NCBI GenBank assembly: GCA_051530055.1
Contig: CM121342.1
Span: forward strand, 7,050,864 to 7,114,863
Direction of reading: 5' to 3'
DNA from: Neoechinorhynchus agilis
Taxonomy: Eukaryota > Animalia > Acanthocephala
DNA: 64,000 bases
A model generated the notes under the pieces. It was not told the origin of the DNA. It saw only the letters and a list, made by a program, of their open reading frames with translations, and ran no database searches. The position numbers were made by a program, and so were the translations under genes. This document shows positions 11,727-23,429 of the stretch, one piece after another (the first letter of the stretch is position 1; each line of letters starts with the position of its first letter).

Positions 11727-12368
11727 GGCCTTCTGCACGATCCGTAAGTCCAACGATGGCTGCTTTTGGCACGTCTGGGGTATTGTGGCTTGTCCTACTT
11801 TAGAGGTCCATAATACTCCGGATAGATCTTAAGGGCGTTCTCCCGACCAGCCGAAATCAAAGAAAGGCCGGCAATGCGACTTCCTTCATGAGTCTGAGTC
11901 CTGAACCTCCGTAGTTTGAGGGTAACGTCACGTGTTTAAACGAGGAATGGTCGAAATCGATATTGACGATTTGGCTGAGCTTATTCCGAAGAAGATCATC
12001 CAGACTCGATAGATCATCCTTGCACGCGAAGGCGGGTGCAGATCTCAGCCTGTGCAAAACCATTGGGATGTAGAGGCAGTTTCTAATCAAAAAACGGCCT
12101 CGTGAGATTTTAGATTTGAACATCTTTTACATAACAAACTCAGGGCGGCAACGATATTCGCTACGTCCTTCGGAACATTCTCTTTGAAAACGCATGAACC
12201 CAGCAGACTGATGTCGCAAATATTGATTCGTTTAATGCCTGGAGCGACATTTTTGAATTGCTCGTGCTACTGCGAGCTTTCTGTTTCGTCCATGTTCAGG
12301 AGTAGCAATTCACACTTTGAGCTGTTAAACTCGAGGCTTATCTTCGAGCTGATCTCGATGATGCCGTT
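11727..12368 (-). mobile_element. CRE-like non-LTR retrotransposon, RT C-terminal/thumb part (5'-truncated)
   Basis: LEFNSSKCE...LLGS, FLIRNCLYIP...LRSAP, VTLPSNYGGSGLR...ALPAFL. Same orientation as 8175-8705 and upstream of it in element order. Confidence 0.75.
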
Positions 12369-13264
12369 GCATATTTTTGACTATTTCATCAACTTGTTTT
12401 TGTATGCGAAAATTGTAGTAAACATGAGCGAAAATCAGCTCCCCTCTCGTGGTTTCTTCGAATATTAGAAAAGATTCTTGTACTCCGATGCCTCGCTTCA
12501 GAATCTAGGCAGAGATTTGTGTTATGTTCTCGAAGCCTCATTAAGTTGTGATCTTACGATTATTTCTCTAACATGAATTCCAATTTTCAAATTCGTAGTA
12601 AATTTTACGATCTCAAACATCAAGCCAGTTTCGAAGTTCCCTACGGTGAGTGGGTCTATTCTATGTGTGCAAACACCTCCAAACTGCTTTATTGTTTTAT
12701 AAATTTGCAAATCGATAGAATCGCTATCGAAGTCCAGGACTACCTTTTGACCGGATTTTAAAAATTCGACACTTCTTGTCGCTGTCTTTTCTTCAAAAAA
12801 TCTTCTATATTACCTTAAGCTACCTTTGAAAATTAGGTCTCAACGAGAATGCACGAATTCTTCGTGTTTTTTGAAAAGTACTTGATTGTCGAAGGTGGCT
12901 GAGGTAAGATTTAGGATTTAGGACGAAGGAAAAGTGAATGTGGTTAGATTTTTTCAAAAACCGCGAATCGTAGTCCTGAACTGATGCATAGGCGACACTG
13001 AGATGATGATGTATAAAATGATGAAGTAGGCGGGAGGAGTATGAACATGTAGACGAGGCCTACTCGTTACTGGGAGTTATAATTTATAAATTTTGAACAC
13101 CATAACTTTGGAGCGCTATTCGAGAACACATTCAATCTCGATCAAATGCCCCATAGATGTCAAATAGGAAAAGACAAGAAGAGTTATATTTAAAGCAATG
13201 AACAGTGTCATAAATGATCGCCACAACGTTATTTTTTTCATTAAAAGTCAAAATTATTGCACTT
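12369..13264 (+). repeat. ~895-bp direct repeat, copy A'
   Basis: Near-identical to 7176-8070; begins immediately at the CRE 5' truncation. Confidence 0.95.
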
Positions 13265-13864
13265 TATTGTGAGAAAGTCTTTAAAAAGATGCGAGTTTTA
13301 GATTAAAAATGCATTGAACGTCTAAAACGGTAGGTATATATCGTGGGGTCTTGGCATACCCTAACGTCTCAAAACCATTTAATGTGCGTTACCCTCTACT
13401 AAACGTTGAAGAGCACAATGATGTGAAATTGAGATGTGGAAGCCGAAATATATATGCCGAAATTGTTTGTTTTTGACGCTTCCGCATGCGGGCTATTTTT
13501 TAATGCCAAAGATCGGACCTCCGCATGTCTTGTTATAGAATCTTTTTAATTGCAGTGGAACGTCAATTATTTGAAAGACAACTTTATGCGGATCTGAATG
13601 CTGTCCCAATCAACTACTGTTTTTTGTTTATGTTCAGGCGAAATAAAGTAAAATCATATATTTTTATTAGTATTTCGTTCTCTACGTGGGTCTTCGTCAG
13701 AATAAGCAATTCTGGAGAAGTCCAACGTAGAAACACCTTTACAATTATTTAACTTCTTAATGAGATATATCATTGTCCTCGGGGTAAATTAGATTGTACG
13801 TTAGCGAATCCTGTCCCATTCTCATTTATTTGAGAAATGGTTCACAAGGTTTCAACTTGCAAGC

Positions 13865-14030
13865 AATAGCGACTGAAGAGGCAAGGAAAACCTTGTGAAA
13901 TATCTCTCAAATAGATGAGTATTTATAACACCGGGGACAGAATTCGTCAAGACACCAACTCACACATTTAAAACTTACAAGCAATAGCGACTGAAGAGGC
14001 AAGGAAAACCTTGTGAAATATTTCGCAATT
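13865..14030 (+). ncRNA. Tandem dimer of minimal type I hammerhead ribozymes (118-nt period)
   Basis: CTGAAGA-G-GCAAGG-AAAA-CCTTGT-GAAA-TA-TC at 13873-13904 and the same core ending TA-TT at 13991-14022. Stem I GCGA/TCGC is intact in copy 2. Confidence 0.8.
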
Positions 14031-15135
14031 AATAAACGAGTATCGATTACACCGGGGACAGGATTCGCCAACGTACAATATTTAACTTCTTTTGCTCGTA
14101 GATAATCAGTGACATTGCAGCGCAGAAACGAAGGCGTGAAATGGTGTTATTTTCCCAATCGCAAAAGTCAACCTTGCGAATTTTCAAGGCCTCGGCCTCC
14201 TTCTCAAGCATTGTTTGTTACTTGTTACAATTTGCCATTGAGAATACACATCTACCCGAAGGAACAATTGGATAGAATTACAATTTTCCGACAAAAAAGG
14301 CTAAAATTATGTAATTTTCCCCCTATTTTTATGTTTAAAGCCTCTTCAGCGATCGATTTAGTCTAAATCATCGGTTTGTCCGATATGCATCGGATTTGAC
14401 TGTATTATTACGTTGTCCTACAATTTTCCTAGATAAAAAATCATTTCGCCGCATTTGTTGATGGAAAAAGTCTCAACGCGTTTCTAGTTCACTTGGAACA
14501 AAATGAAACGTCATGGAATTCAGTTGAACAGTTTATATTGGAAAGATCCCGGTAACCAAGAGAATGAAACCGTCTTCTTGAGCGTCCAGTATGGGCGCGA
14601 GGATCGGCTTCGGTAACTATTTATCAGACAATACGTTCCCTATTCTTTTGAACCCTTTCCCCGCTGTTGTGGGTCGTCGGGTCTATGAGTTCTGAGATGA
14701 TGCCGCGAAGAGTCCAGTTTTGGATTGATTGAAAATAACATGAGTGAACGCGAGGCGGGAGAAGTATTTGGGTACGATGGAGGCAGAAACAAGCGAGTAA
14801 ATTGTTGTAAATTAATTAAAATCTTGATTTATGAAGGTTCATTTAAGATTAGGTTGAAGAACCTGCTCAGTGAAGTAGAAAGGCGAAAGGTGCATCCGAA
14901 AATTGAAATCGAATAAAAAACAATATATCGCTGTTCACACTAGGGACGCACAATGTGGAGTGTAACTTTTGTTCGCTTTTTTAAAATCATTTTTGACTAT
15001 TTCTGAATAAGTTTCAATTTGCACTATAGGCACCTGATATCTCATCAACAAGTTTATACAAAAACAATTGCCAATATCGTAGTTTAGATTAAGACGAACT
15101 CACATATTTAAAAACTTACAAACAAGTGAGGGAGA

Positions 15136-15172
15136 GTCCCCGAAGAAGCCGTAAAGCGGCGAATATTCGGAC
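15136..15172 (+). ncRNA. Degenerate minimal hammerhead ribozyme
   Basis: GTCC-CCGAAGA-A-GCCG-TAAAG-CGGC-GAATATTC-GGAC: stems I and II perfect, core mutated. Upstream AACTCACA.ATTTAAAA.CTTACAA is shared with the 118-nt monomer. Confidence 0.55.
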
Positions 15173-15829
15173 AAAATAAAAAACATCGTACTCGGGAACG
15201 TTTTGGGGAAAATCTATCTGTAGTTTACATTGATAACTCCACTAAGGATGGTCCCAAGCCCGGCTGAAAAAAGAGGAGGGTTGGCGTCAGGAAGGGCATC
15301 CGGCTGTAAAATTTTAGCTAAATTTTGAACCCAATGACATACAAATTATCACCAAATCGATGTTATATAAGGACCCGCGACCTCTCGAAAGAGAGAAAGG
15401 CGTCAGTGAGTAGTTTATATTGATTTTTACATCAATTTCCCGTGGTAGCACTCAAAATGTCTACTCCTGAACTCTACGTGGGTCGATTCACTGGCAACAA
15501 ACAATTAAAAGAGCACGCCCTCGGTGCCGGAAGGTGCAGCGTCCGCGGCCAAAAAGAAGAAGGCGACAAAATATATCAAATTGAGATCCCGGGGATTCGG
15601 CCTTTAAACTATGCGACGAATTGGAGCGCCGGATGATGGAAGCGATCACAGGAGTAGTATTTTAATCAGAGGATAAACATGATTGTATAGCGAGGGAAGG
15701 TCGTGATCGATAATGTGACAAAATAAGGTCTCTTTGAAAAAAAATTTACTTTAAAATGCCACAATTCTCTAGAAATCGATTCTTTATTTTTACGCATGAG
15801 TTCTTTATCCCGTTTAGTGTCTAGATTTT

Positions 15830-16935
15830 AATACACCTTCAAATTTTACTTTTTTTGTTAAAAATGAAAGATTTTAGTCAATTCATTAAAAATTTGATAG
15901 AAATGCCAAAATTTTCCAAGAAATCGATTCCCTATTTTTTCTTGTTTGAATTCTTTACCTCTTTTGAGTCTAGATTTCAAAGCACCTTCAGAATGGAGTT
16001 TTTTGTTCAAAAATTAAAGACTATATTCAATTCAATCGGTAGAAATCGCTTCAGTATAATTTTAATTTTAAGTTTCTTTATCTCGTTTAGTCTTTAGGTT
16101 TCAAAACACCTTCAAAATGAAGTGTTTCTTTTCGTTGGGAAATGAACGACTTAAGTCAATTCATTTAAGAATTTGATTGAAAATGGTAAAAATTCTATAA
16201 GAAATCGATTTCCTATAATTTTAATTCTAAGTTTCTTTACCCCGTATAGTCTTTAGATTTCAAAGCACCTTCAAAGCGAAGTTTTTTATTCAAAAATTAA
16301 AGACTGTATTCAATTCAATCGGTAGAAATCGCTTCAGTCTTAATCTTAATTCTAAGTTTCTTTATCTCGTATAGTCTTTAATATTTCAAAGCACCTTCAA
16401 AGCGAAGTTTTTTATTCAAAAATAAAAGCCTTTATTCAATTCAATCGGTAGAAATCGCTTCGGTATAATTTTAAATCTAAGTTTCTTTATCTCGTTTAGT
16501 CTTTAGGTTTCAAAACACCTTCCAAATGAAGTGTTTCTTTTCGTTGGGAAATGAACGACTTAAGTCAATTCATTTAAGAATTTGATTGAAAATGGTAAAA
16601 ATTCTATAGGAAATCGATTTCCTATAATTTTAATTCTAAGTTTCTTTACCCCGTATAGTCTTTAGATTTCAAAGCACCTTCAAAGCGAAGTTTTTTATTC
16701 AAAAATAAAAGCCTATATTTAATTCCGTAGAAATCGATTCAGTCTAAATTTTAATTCTAAGTTTCTTTATTTCGTATAGTCTTTAAGATTTCAAAGCACC
16801 TTCAAAGCGGAGTTTTTTATTGAAAAATTAAAGACTGTATTCAATTCAATCGGTAGAAATCGATTCAGTCTAAATCTTAATTCTAAGTTTCTTTATTTCG
16901 TATAGTCTTTAAGATTTCAAAGCCCCTTCAAAATG
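15830..16935. repeat. AT-rich satellite of ~123-bp and ~160-bp units with a ~410-bp higher-order period
   Basis: CAAAGCACC/CAAAACACC anchors at ~15980, 16101, 16261, 16387, 16511, 16670, 16792, 16916. Confidence 0.85.
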
Positions 16936-17493
16936 GAGCTCTTTTTTCCGACATAATCTCTCGCTCGATATTGTTTACGCCATCATCATGAACACCTTGG
17001 GCAACACAAAAAGACGAACGTAACAAGAGGTCCAAAGCAACTTCTCCTCATCGATGGTGGAGGTTATATAAGCGCAACATGATGACTTACTCCGAATATC
17101 CAGGAGCCTGGAACAACATTCACGATTACTTGGTTAGAGGCGCTCATTCACGAATGCGCTGCTGGTGAACACTCACGTTCGTTGTTGCTATCTCCATTCT
17201 TGCTCCAGTGAAGACGACGTATTATCTAACGTGCGTAAGGAGTGATGAACACCCTTTCTTATATTTTTCCATTCACACTCGTCTGCTTTCGACGAATCCG
17301 AGCGCATTTTCTATGTCGGTCCATCGTGGTTAAAAAGTCTTCATCCGGTTAATGGATTTAACTTTAAAAACCCATTCTAGACTATCTTTTAAGAACACAC
17401 CCTTTATTGATCGTACACTCACTCAAGCGAAACACTCATCGGAGCGAAACAAACCAATTTGGCGTTAGTAGGTGTTGATTGTTCATTAAATTC

Positions 17494-20400
17494 ATGGGAG
17501 CAAACCAAACTTCGTCTCATGGTGGAAAGCGGGACTTTTTCCATTCCCGCGACAACGAAACCGATGAAACGTCTACTCAAATTGGTATGTAACTGCTTTT
17601 TGTAGTTCTTGACACCATTGTTAAATTTGCATCGACTAGCTCTTATGCTTCTCGTCTTATTGATAGAAGTCTTTAATACCAAAAATTTGAAAAGCTTTGA
17701 CAATCTTAATTGCTCAAAATAAAATCCCAGTTTCGGATGCGCCTTTTACACTTATTCTTTTTTTGTTAGTTTACCCCATTAATTCCGACCGGGCAACATG
17801 TTCACAAAATCCCTAACCCTGGACTCATTGTCCACTAGAACCTCTGAGTTCAAAATTATCGAAGAAATATAGTGTTGTTTTTAATCCCCTGGGTGTCAAA
17901 ACTGCCCAAAAAAGTAACATTGATTTTATGAAACATTTTAATCCATTGTTCTTGCAAAGAAACCCATGAAAATTAGTTTGAAATGGGATCGTCTTTGTCT
18001 AGCCGTTTTAATGGGTTTTTCGCCCGGTTGCAGCTTTAAATGAAATCAGTGTTTGTCCGGAGTGTAGTTGAAGACTCCATTGTTAAATGGAAAAAATTGA
18101 TGCTTTTGTCAAAGTCTTAACGTTTGTTATAAAGCCTATTGTTTCGAACCCATCTTAGTGTTTCTTATTAACAATAAGGAACTTTCAAAAGCTGGCAATA
18201 CTCACGACGTTACTCATAAATCTACCTCGCACGCGTTCACATAAATTATCTATGCAAGTGAATACCGTTTTCGGTTCATCGTGCGAAAAAAGCCCTTGTC
18301 GATACTCCTTGGACGAAAAACGCACACACACACATCCATTATCGATCCTGTTTTCGGAACAAAAAACGCTACCAACATCCTCGTATACCCACGTCGTCGT
18401 TTTGTTTAGTGTTTCGTAGCAACACGACATTTGTTCGAAAAAGGGTTCGGGTTACACTTCTCTTTTTCCTGTCTCCGTGTATGCTTTTCATCTCTTGCTC
18501 TCCCATGTCAGAGTTACGCTTTGATGGTGGTGGTGGTGGCTCATAACCCCTTCCTACACTCTTTATTCTGAAGAACATTTCCAAGAGAACTAAAAAGACC
18601 ACTTAGATAACGTCCACATGCATGCCATCCGTAAAAAACTACACCAGTTGAAAATCGGCGGACGATCATCCTCGTCGCATTCCACTACACCGACGTCCGG
18701 TGGACAGAGTCTGTTCAGCTCAAAGAAAAAACAATCTTCTCAACCGTCGTCGTCGTCGTCGTCAAATGCCGTCAATACATCCAATATTAGCAACGCTGCC
18801 GTCGGGACCACAAGTAACTCGAGTCCGAATAAAGGCCACCCACCCGTTGAATCAACCGGATCGCCTGTGAAAGACCGAGAACAATGTAGGAAGGGGTTTT
18901 GGGGTTTTTGCTGGAATATAACAACGTATTTCCACGGCTAACACTACTTTTTAAGTCGAAAAATAACTCGAGTCCGAATAACCGGATCGCCTGTAAAAGA
19001 CCGAGAACAATGTAGGAAGGCGTTTTGGGGTTTTTGCTGGAAAATAACAACGTATTTCCACGGCTAACACTACTTTTTAAGTCGAAAAATAACTCAAAGT
19101 CAGAGTAAAGCCCCTTTCCTTCCGTTGAATCAACCGCATCGCACATAGAAGACCGAGATCAATGTAGGAAAGGGGTTTGTATTCGTTTTTTGCTGAAAAA
19201 TAACAACGCATTTCCGTACGAAGAATAACTTTTTTAAGTCGAAAGGAGCCCCTTCCCTTCCGTTTAATCAACCGCATCGCCTATAGAAGACCGAGAAAAA
19301 TGTAGAAAGGGGTGTTGGGTTCGTTTTTTACTCGAAAATAACAACGCATTTCCATATGAAGCACAACTTTTTTTAAGTAAAAAGAAACTCAGAGTAAAGC
19401 CCCTCCCCCTGGGTTCGCTTTTTACTCGAAAATAGAAACGCATTTCCATATGAAGCACAACTTTTTTTAAGTAAAAAGAAACTCAGAGTAAAGCCCCTCG
19501 CCCTGGGTTCGCTTTTTACTCGAAAATAACAACGCATTTCCATATGAAGCACAACTTTTTTTAAGTAAAAAGAAACTCAGAGTAAAGCCCCTCCCCCTGG
19601 GTTCGCTTTTTACTCGAAAATAGAAACGCATTTCCATATGAAGCACAACTTTTTTAAGTAAAAAGAAACTCAGAGTAAAGCCCCTCCCCCTGGGTTCGTT
19701 TTTTACTCGAAAATAACAACGCATTTCCGTACTAAACACAACTTTTTTAAGTAAAAAGAAACTCAGGGTAAAGCTCCTCCCCCCGTTGAATCAACCGCAT
19801 CGCCTATAGAAGACCGAGAAAAATGTAGAAAGGGGTGTTGGGTTCGTTTTTTACTCGAAAATAACAACGCATTTCCGTACTAAACACAACTTTTTTAAGT
19901 CAAAAATTACCTCTCGAAGGCAAGAGAAGAGTTCTACCAAAGATATGACAAACCACCATCGGTGAGATTATTCTTCGAGATAAACCCAATCTTCTTCTTT
20001 TTTTACAAAATAGTCAGAATCAAGCCTGGATGATTTCGAGTGCATTAGAACGCTCGGTACTGGATCCTTTGGCCGCGTAATGCTTGTCTGCAAAAAGGCT
20101 TCCGATGATTATTACGCTATGAAGATCTTGGACAAACAAAAGGTGCCACTCATTTGGACGAAAGTGTGTTTTTACCCCTAAGGATGAAATAGGTGGTGAA
20201 ACTAAAACAAATCGAGCATACACTTAACGAAAAACGCATTCTGAGTGCAGTCGATTTCCCGTTCTTAGTTAATCTTAAATATCACTTCAAGGTTTGATGC
20301 CTCTTTTTGCTTACCTATTTAGCTTCTTTTTTAGGACAATTCATATTTGTACATGGTCCTAGAGTTTGTTAGTGGAGGAGAAATGTTCTCACATCTGCGT

Positions 20401-21291
20401 AGAGTAGGCAGATTTAGGCTAGTAAATCTTCGTTTCTTCGCACCTTAAACTTTAAATAATAATAGTGAGCCACATTCGAGGTTTTACGCCTCCCAGATTG
20501 TATTAACTTTCGAATATCTACACTATCTCGATATTGTCTACAGAGATCTCAAACCGGAAAATCTCTTGATCAGTTCCGACGGATACGTCAAGGTTTTCTA
20601 CGTGTTTTTTAACTTTTTCTTTTCAAACAATAGGTTACTGATTTCGGTTTTGCTAAAAAAATCAAAGGACGGACTTGGACTTTATGTGGAACGCCAGAAT
20701 ATCTCGCTCCCGAGATTATTCTTAGCAAGGTTTCGTTGCACTTGTTTGTTAGAAAGCGTACAAAATTATATAAAAAGGGATACAACAAAGCGGTTGACTG
20801 GTGGGCTTTAGGAGTGCTGATATATGAAATGGCAGCGGGCTATCCGCCGTTCTTTGCGGATCAGCCCATTCAAATCTACGAAAAAATCGTTTCTGGCAAG
20901 GTTTATATTAATCTTTAAAGCGTCCTCGCAGTTTAAGTGCTTTCCAAAAAAGGTTCGATTCCCATCGCACTTTTCAAGTGATCTAAAGGATCTTCTTCGT
21001 AATATACTACAAACTGATCTGACAAAAAGATATGGAAATCTTAAAAACGGTGTTGATGACGTTAGAAACCATAAATGGTTCAGCAATACCGATTGGATTG
21101 CGACCTATCAGAAAAAGGTTTGATTCCCTGAACTTGATCATCGTACCATTCATCTACTGCCAAAGATTGAACCTCCCTTTGTGCCGAAAGTAAAGGGACC
21201 AGGCGATCCGGCTAATTTCGATGTCTACGATGAGGAATCGCCGAAAATATCATCAACTGAAAAATATGCGAAGGAATTCGAGGACTTTTGA
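17494..21291 (+). CDS. PKA-C: cAMP-dependent protein kinase catalytic subunit (spliced; isoform with exon 1a)
   Basis: Exons 17494-17584, 19900-19961, 20014-20142, 20193-20291, 20335-20417, 20466-20592, 20634-20729, 20778-20900, 20953-21117, 21166-21291. They give [62 protein letters not shown] and C-terminal EFEDF*. All phases are compatible. Confidence 0.95.
18618..18885 (+). CDS. PKA-C: PKA-C alternative first exon 1b (Ser-rich, not myristoylatable)
   Basis: ATG at 18618, 89 codons + 1 nt, donor T|GTAGGA in phase 1, matching exon 2 (xTC AAA AAT TAC). Confidence 0.7.
18886..19899. repeat. Degenerate tandem array filling PKA intron 1, built from splice-junction sequence
   Basis: 93-94-bp subrepeat about 5 times plus longer units. 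Copies of GACCGAGA..AAT|GTAG at ~19002, 19151, 19288, 19811 and about 8 copies of TTTTTAAG|T. Confidence 0.9.
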
Positions 21292-21713
21292 GCAAAAGGG
21301 GACTTTCAAAAGCAGTAGTCAAATTGGCACAAAAAAGGTCCTTGTGTCTGAAACAAAACGTTTGCGTGTGCTCGATTGAAAGCTCACTAAATTGTGTAAA
21401 CACATTTCTACTTCATTAATTCAAACACAATTACTGTTTAGAAATGAGTTTTGGCAATCTTTTAAATCGGAATGCACTATAAAAACTCGCCTACGAGTGT
21501 TTCAAGCGTTCAAAATTTCCAGAATCGCATGCACTATGAACGTTCAATAATACGTACTATGCTAACACGGAACTATTTTTACGCTTTTAAAATTGTTATC
21601 CTGAATGAACTTAAAAACATGGAAGCGATTAAAGAACTCAAAAATGCTCATTAGTTAGACATTCTATAAAAATATATTGGTCGATAGGAGAAAATAAATG
21701 AAATTAAGATTTT

Positions 21714-22100
21714 ATTGGATACTTCGATCCACTATCTCGGATCTTCTTCAGCGATCTAAAACACATATAACAGGGATTCTCAATTCACGCGTCACATAAC
21801 ATCCGGTGGGAGTCGCATCCTTAATTTGAAATCAGGTTTATTGCCCTCGAACGTTTCGAACCTATTTATAAGGATTCGATGATAATACGTCCGAAACGCC
21901 GACCATTGCGAACTTGTGTTGTAGCGGCACTAAAATCAATAGTGTGCCCTGTGTTTTTTGCATGGGCCACCACTGCGGAATTAATATCCGTGTTGCGAAC
22001 AACTGATGATTCGTGCTCCTTCATCCGTCGGGTGAAATTGTTGGTCTGCCACACATAGACCTGTTCGCAACCGGAGCACGGAATTTATTCCGTTCCTGGA
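21714..22100 (-). mobile_element. Penelope-like 3' fragment (GIY-YIG end plus terminal hammerhead)
   Basis: IPCSGCEQVYV(G>W)QT..RRMKEH...SAVVAH..NTGHTIDF...IIESL, then a hammerhead-like motif at 21714-21755. Confidence 0.8.
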
Positions 22101-22380
22101 TGTGTGGATATACCGATTGGCCAGTGGAAACTACACGACCAGCGTGTACCGAAAGAGAGGTTTACCAGTGGGCCTTGTGCCACGGACAAAATTTCGAGGA
22201 TTAGGTCACTCATCCACCGTGCTCTTACACATTGTAGCAACGCTAAGTTGTGTAACGAGGATCCAACAAAAATATATTACGAGTTTTATTCTCTGTTTGG
22301 ATAACATCACGAAGGGAGAATCCGTATTTTCTGGAATCACATTAATTTTGCACATTCAAAAACGAGTCGCAATAAAAGCG
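22100..22380 (+). mobile_element. Penelope-like RT thumb fragment, inverted relative to the adjacent GIY-YIG piece
   Basis: TTSVYRK and DKISRIRSLIHRALTHCSN..L..E motifs, frameshifted. Confidence 0.7.
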
Positions 22381-22410
22381 GAATAATTTTTGCTTTTAAA
22401 ATTGTTATCT

Positions 22411-23415
<1,005 letters not shown>

Positions 23416-23429
23416 TGACTTGTGGTGAA

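Noticed and set aside
14500-14950. Possible decayed LINE 3' fragment on the minus strand
   Set aside because: Only a weak P.A.T.R...F-like motif, with no RT motif.
15250-15410. GGTCCCAAGCCCGG...GTCAGGAAGGGCATCCGGCTGTAAAA, reminiscent of a SINE or RTE-related core
   Set aside because: Recognition is from memory only; no tRNA-like head, A/B boxes or TSD could be found.
18787-19739. Minus-strand ORFs in PKA intron 1
   Set aside because: They are translations of the intronic tandem array.
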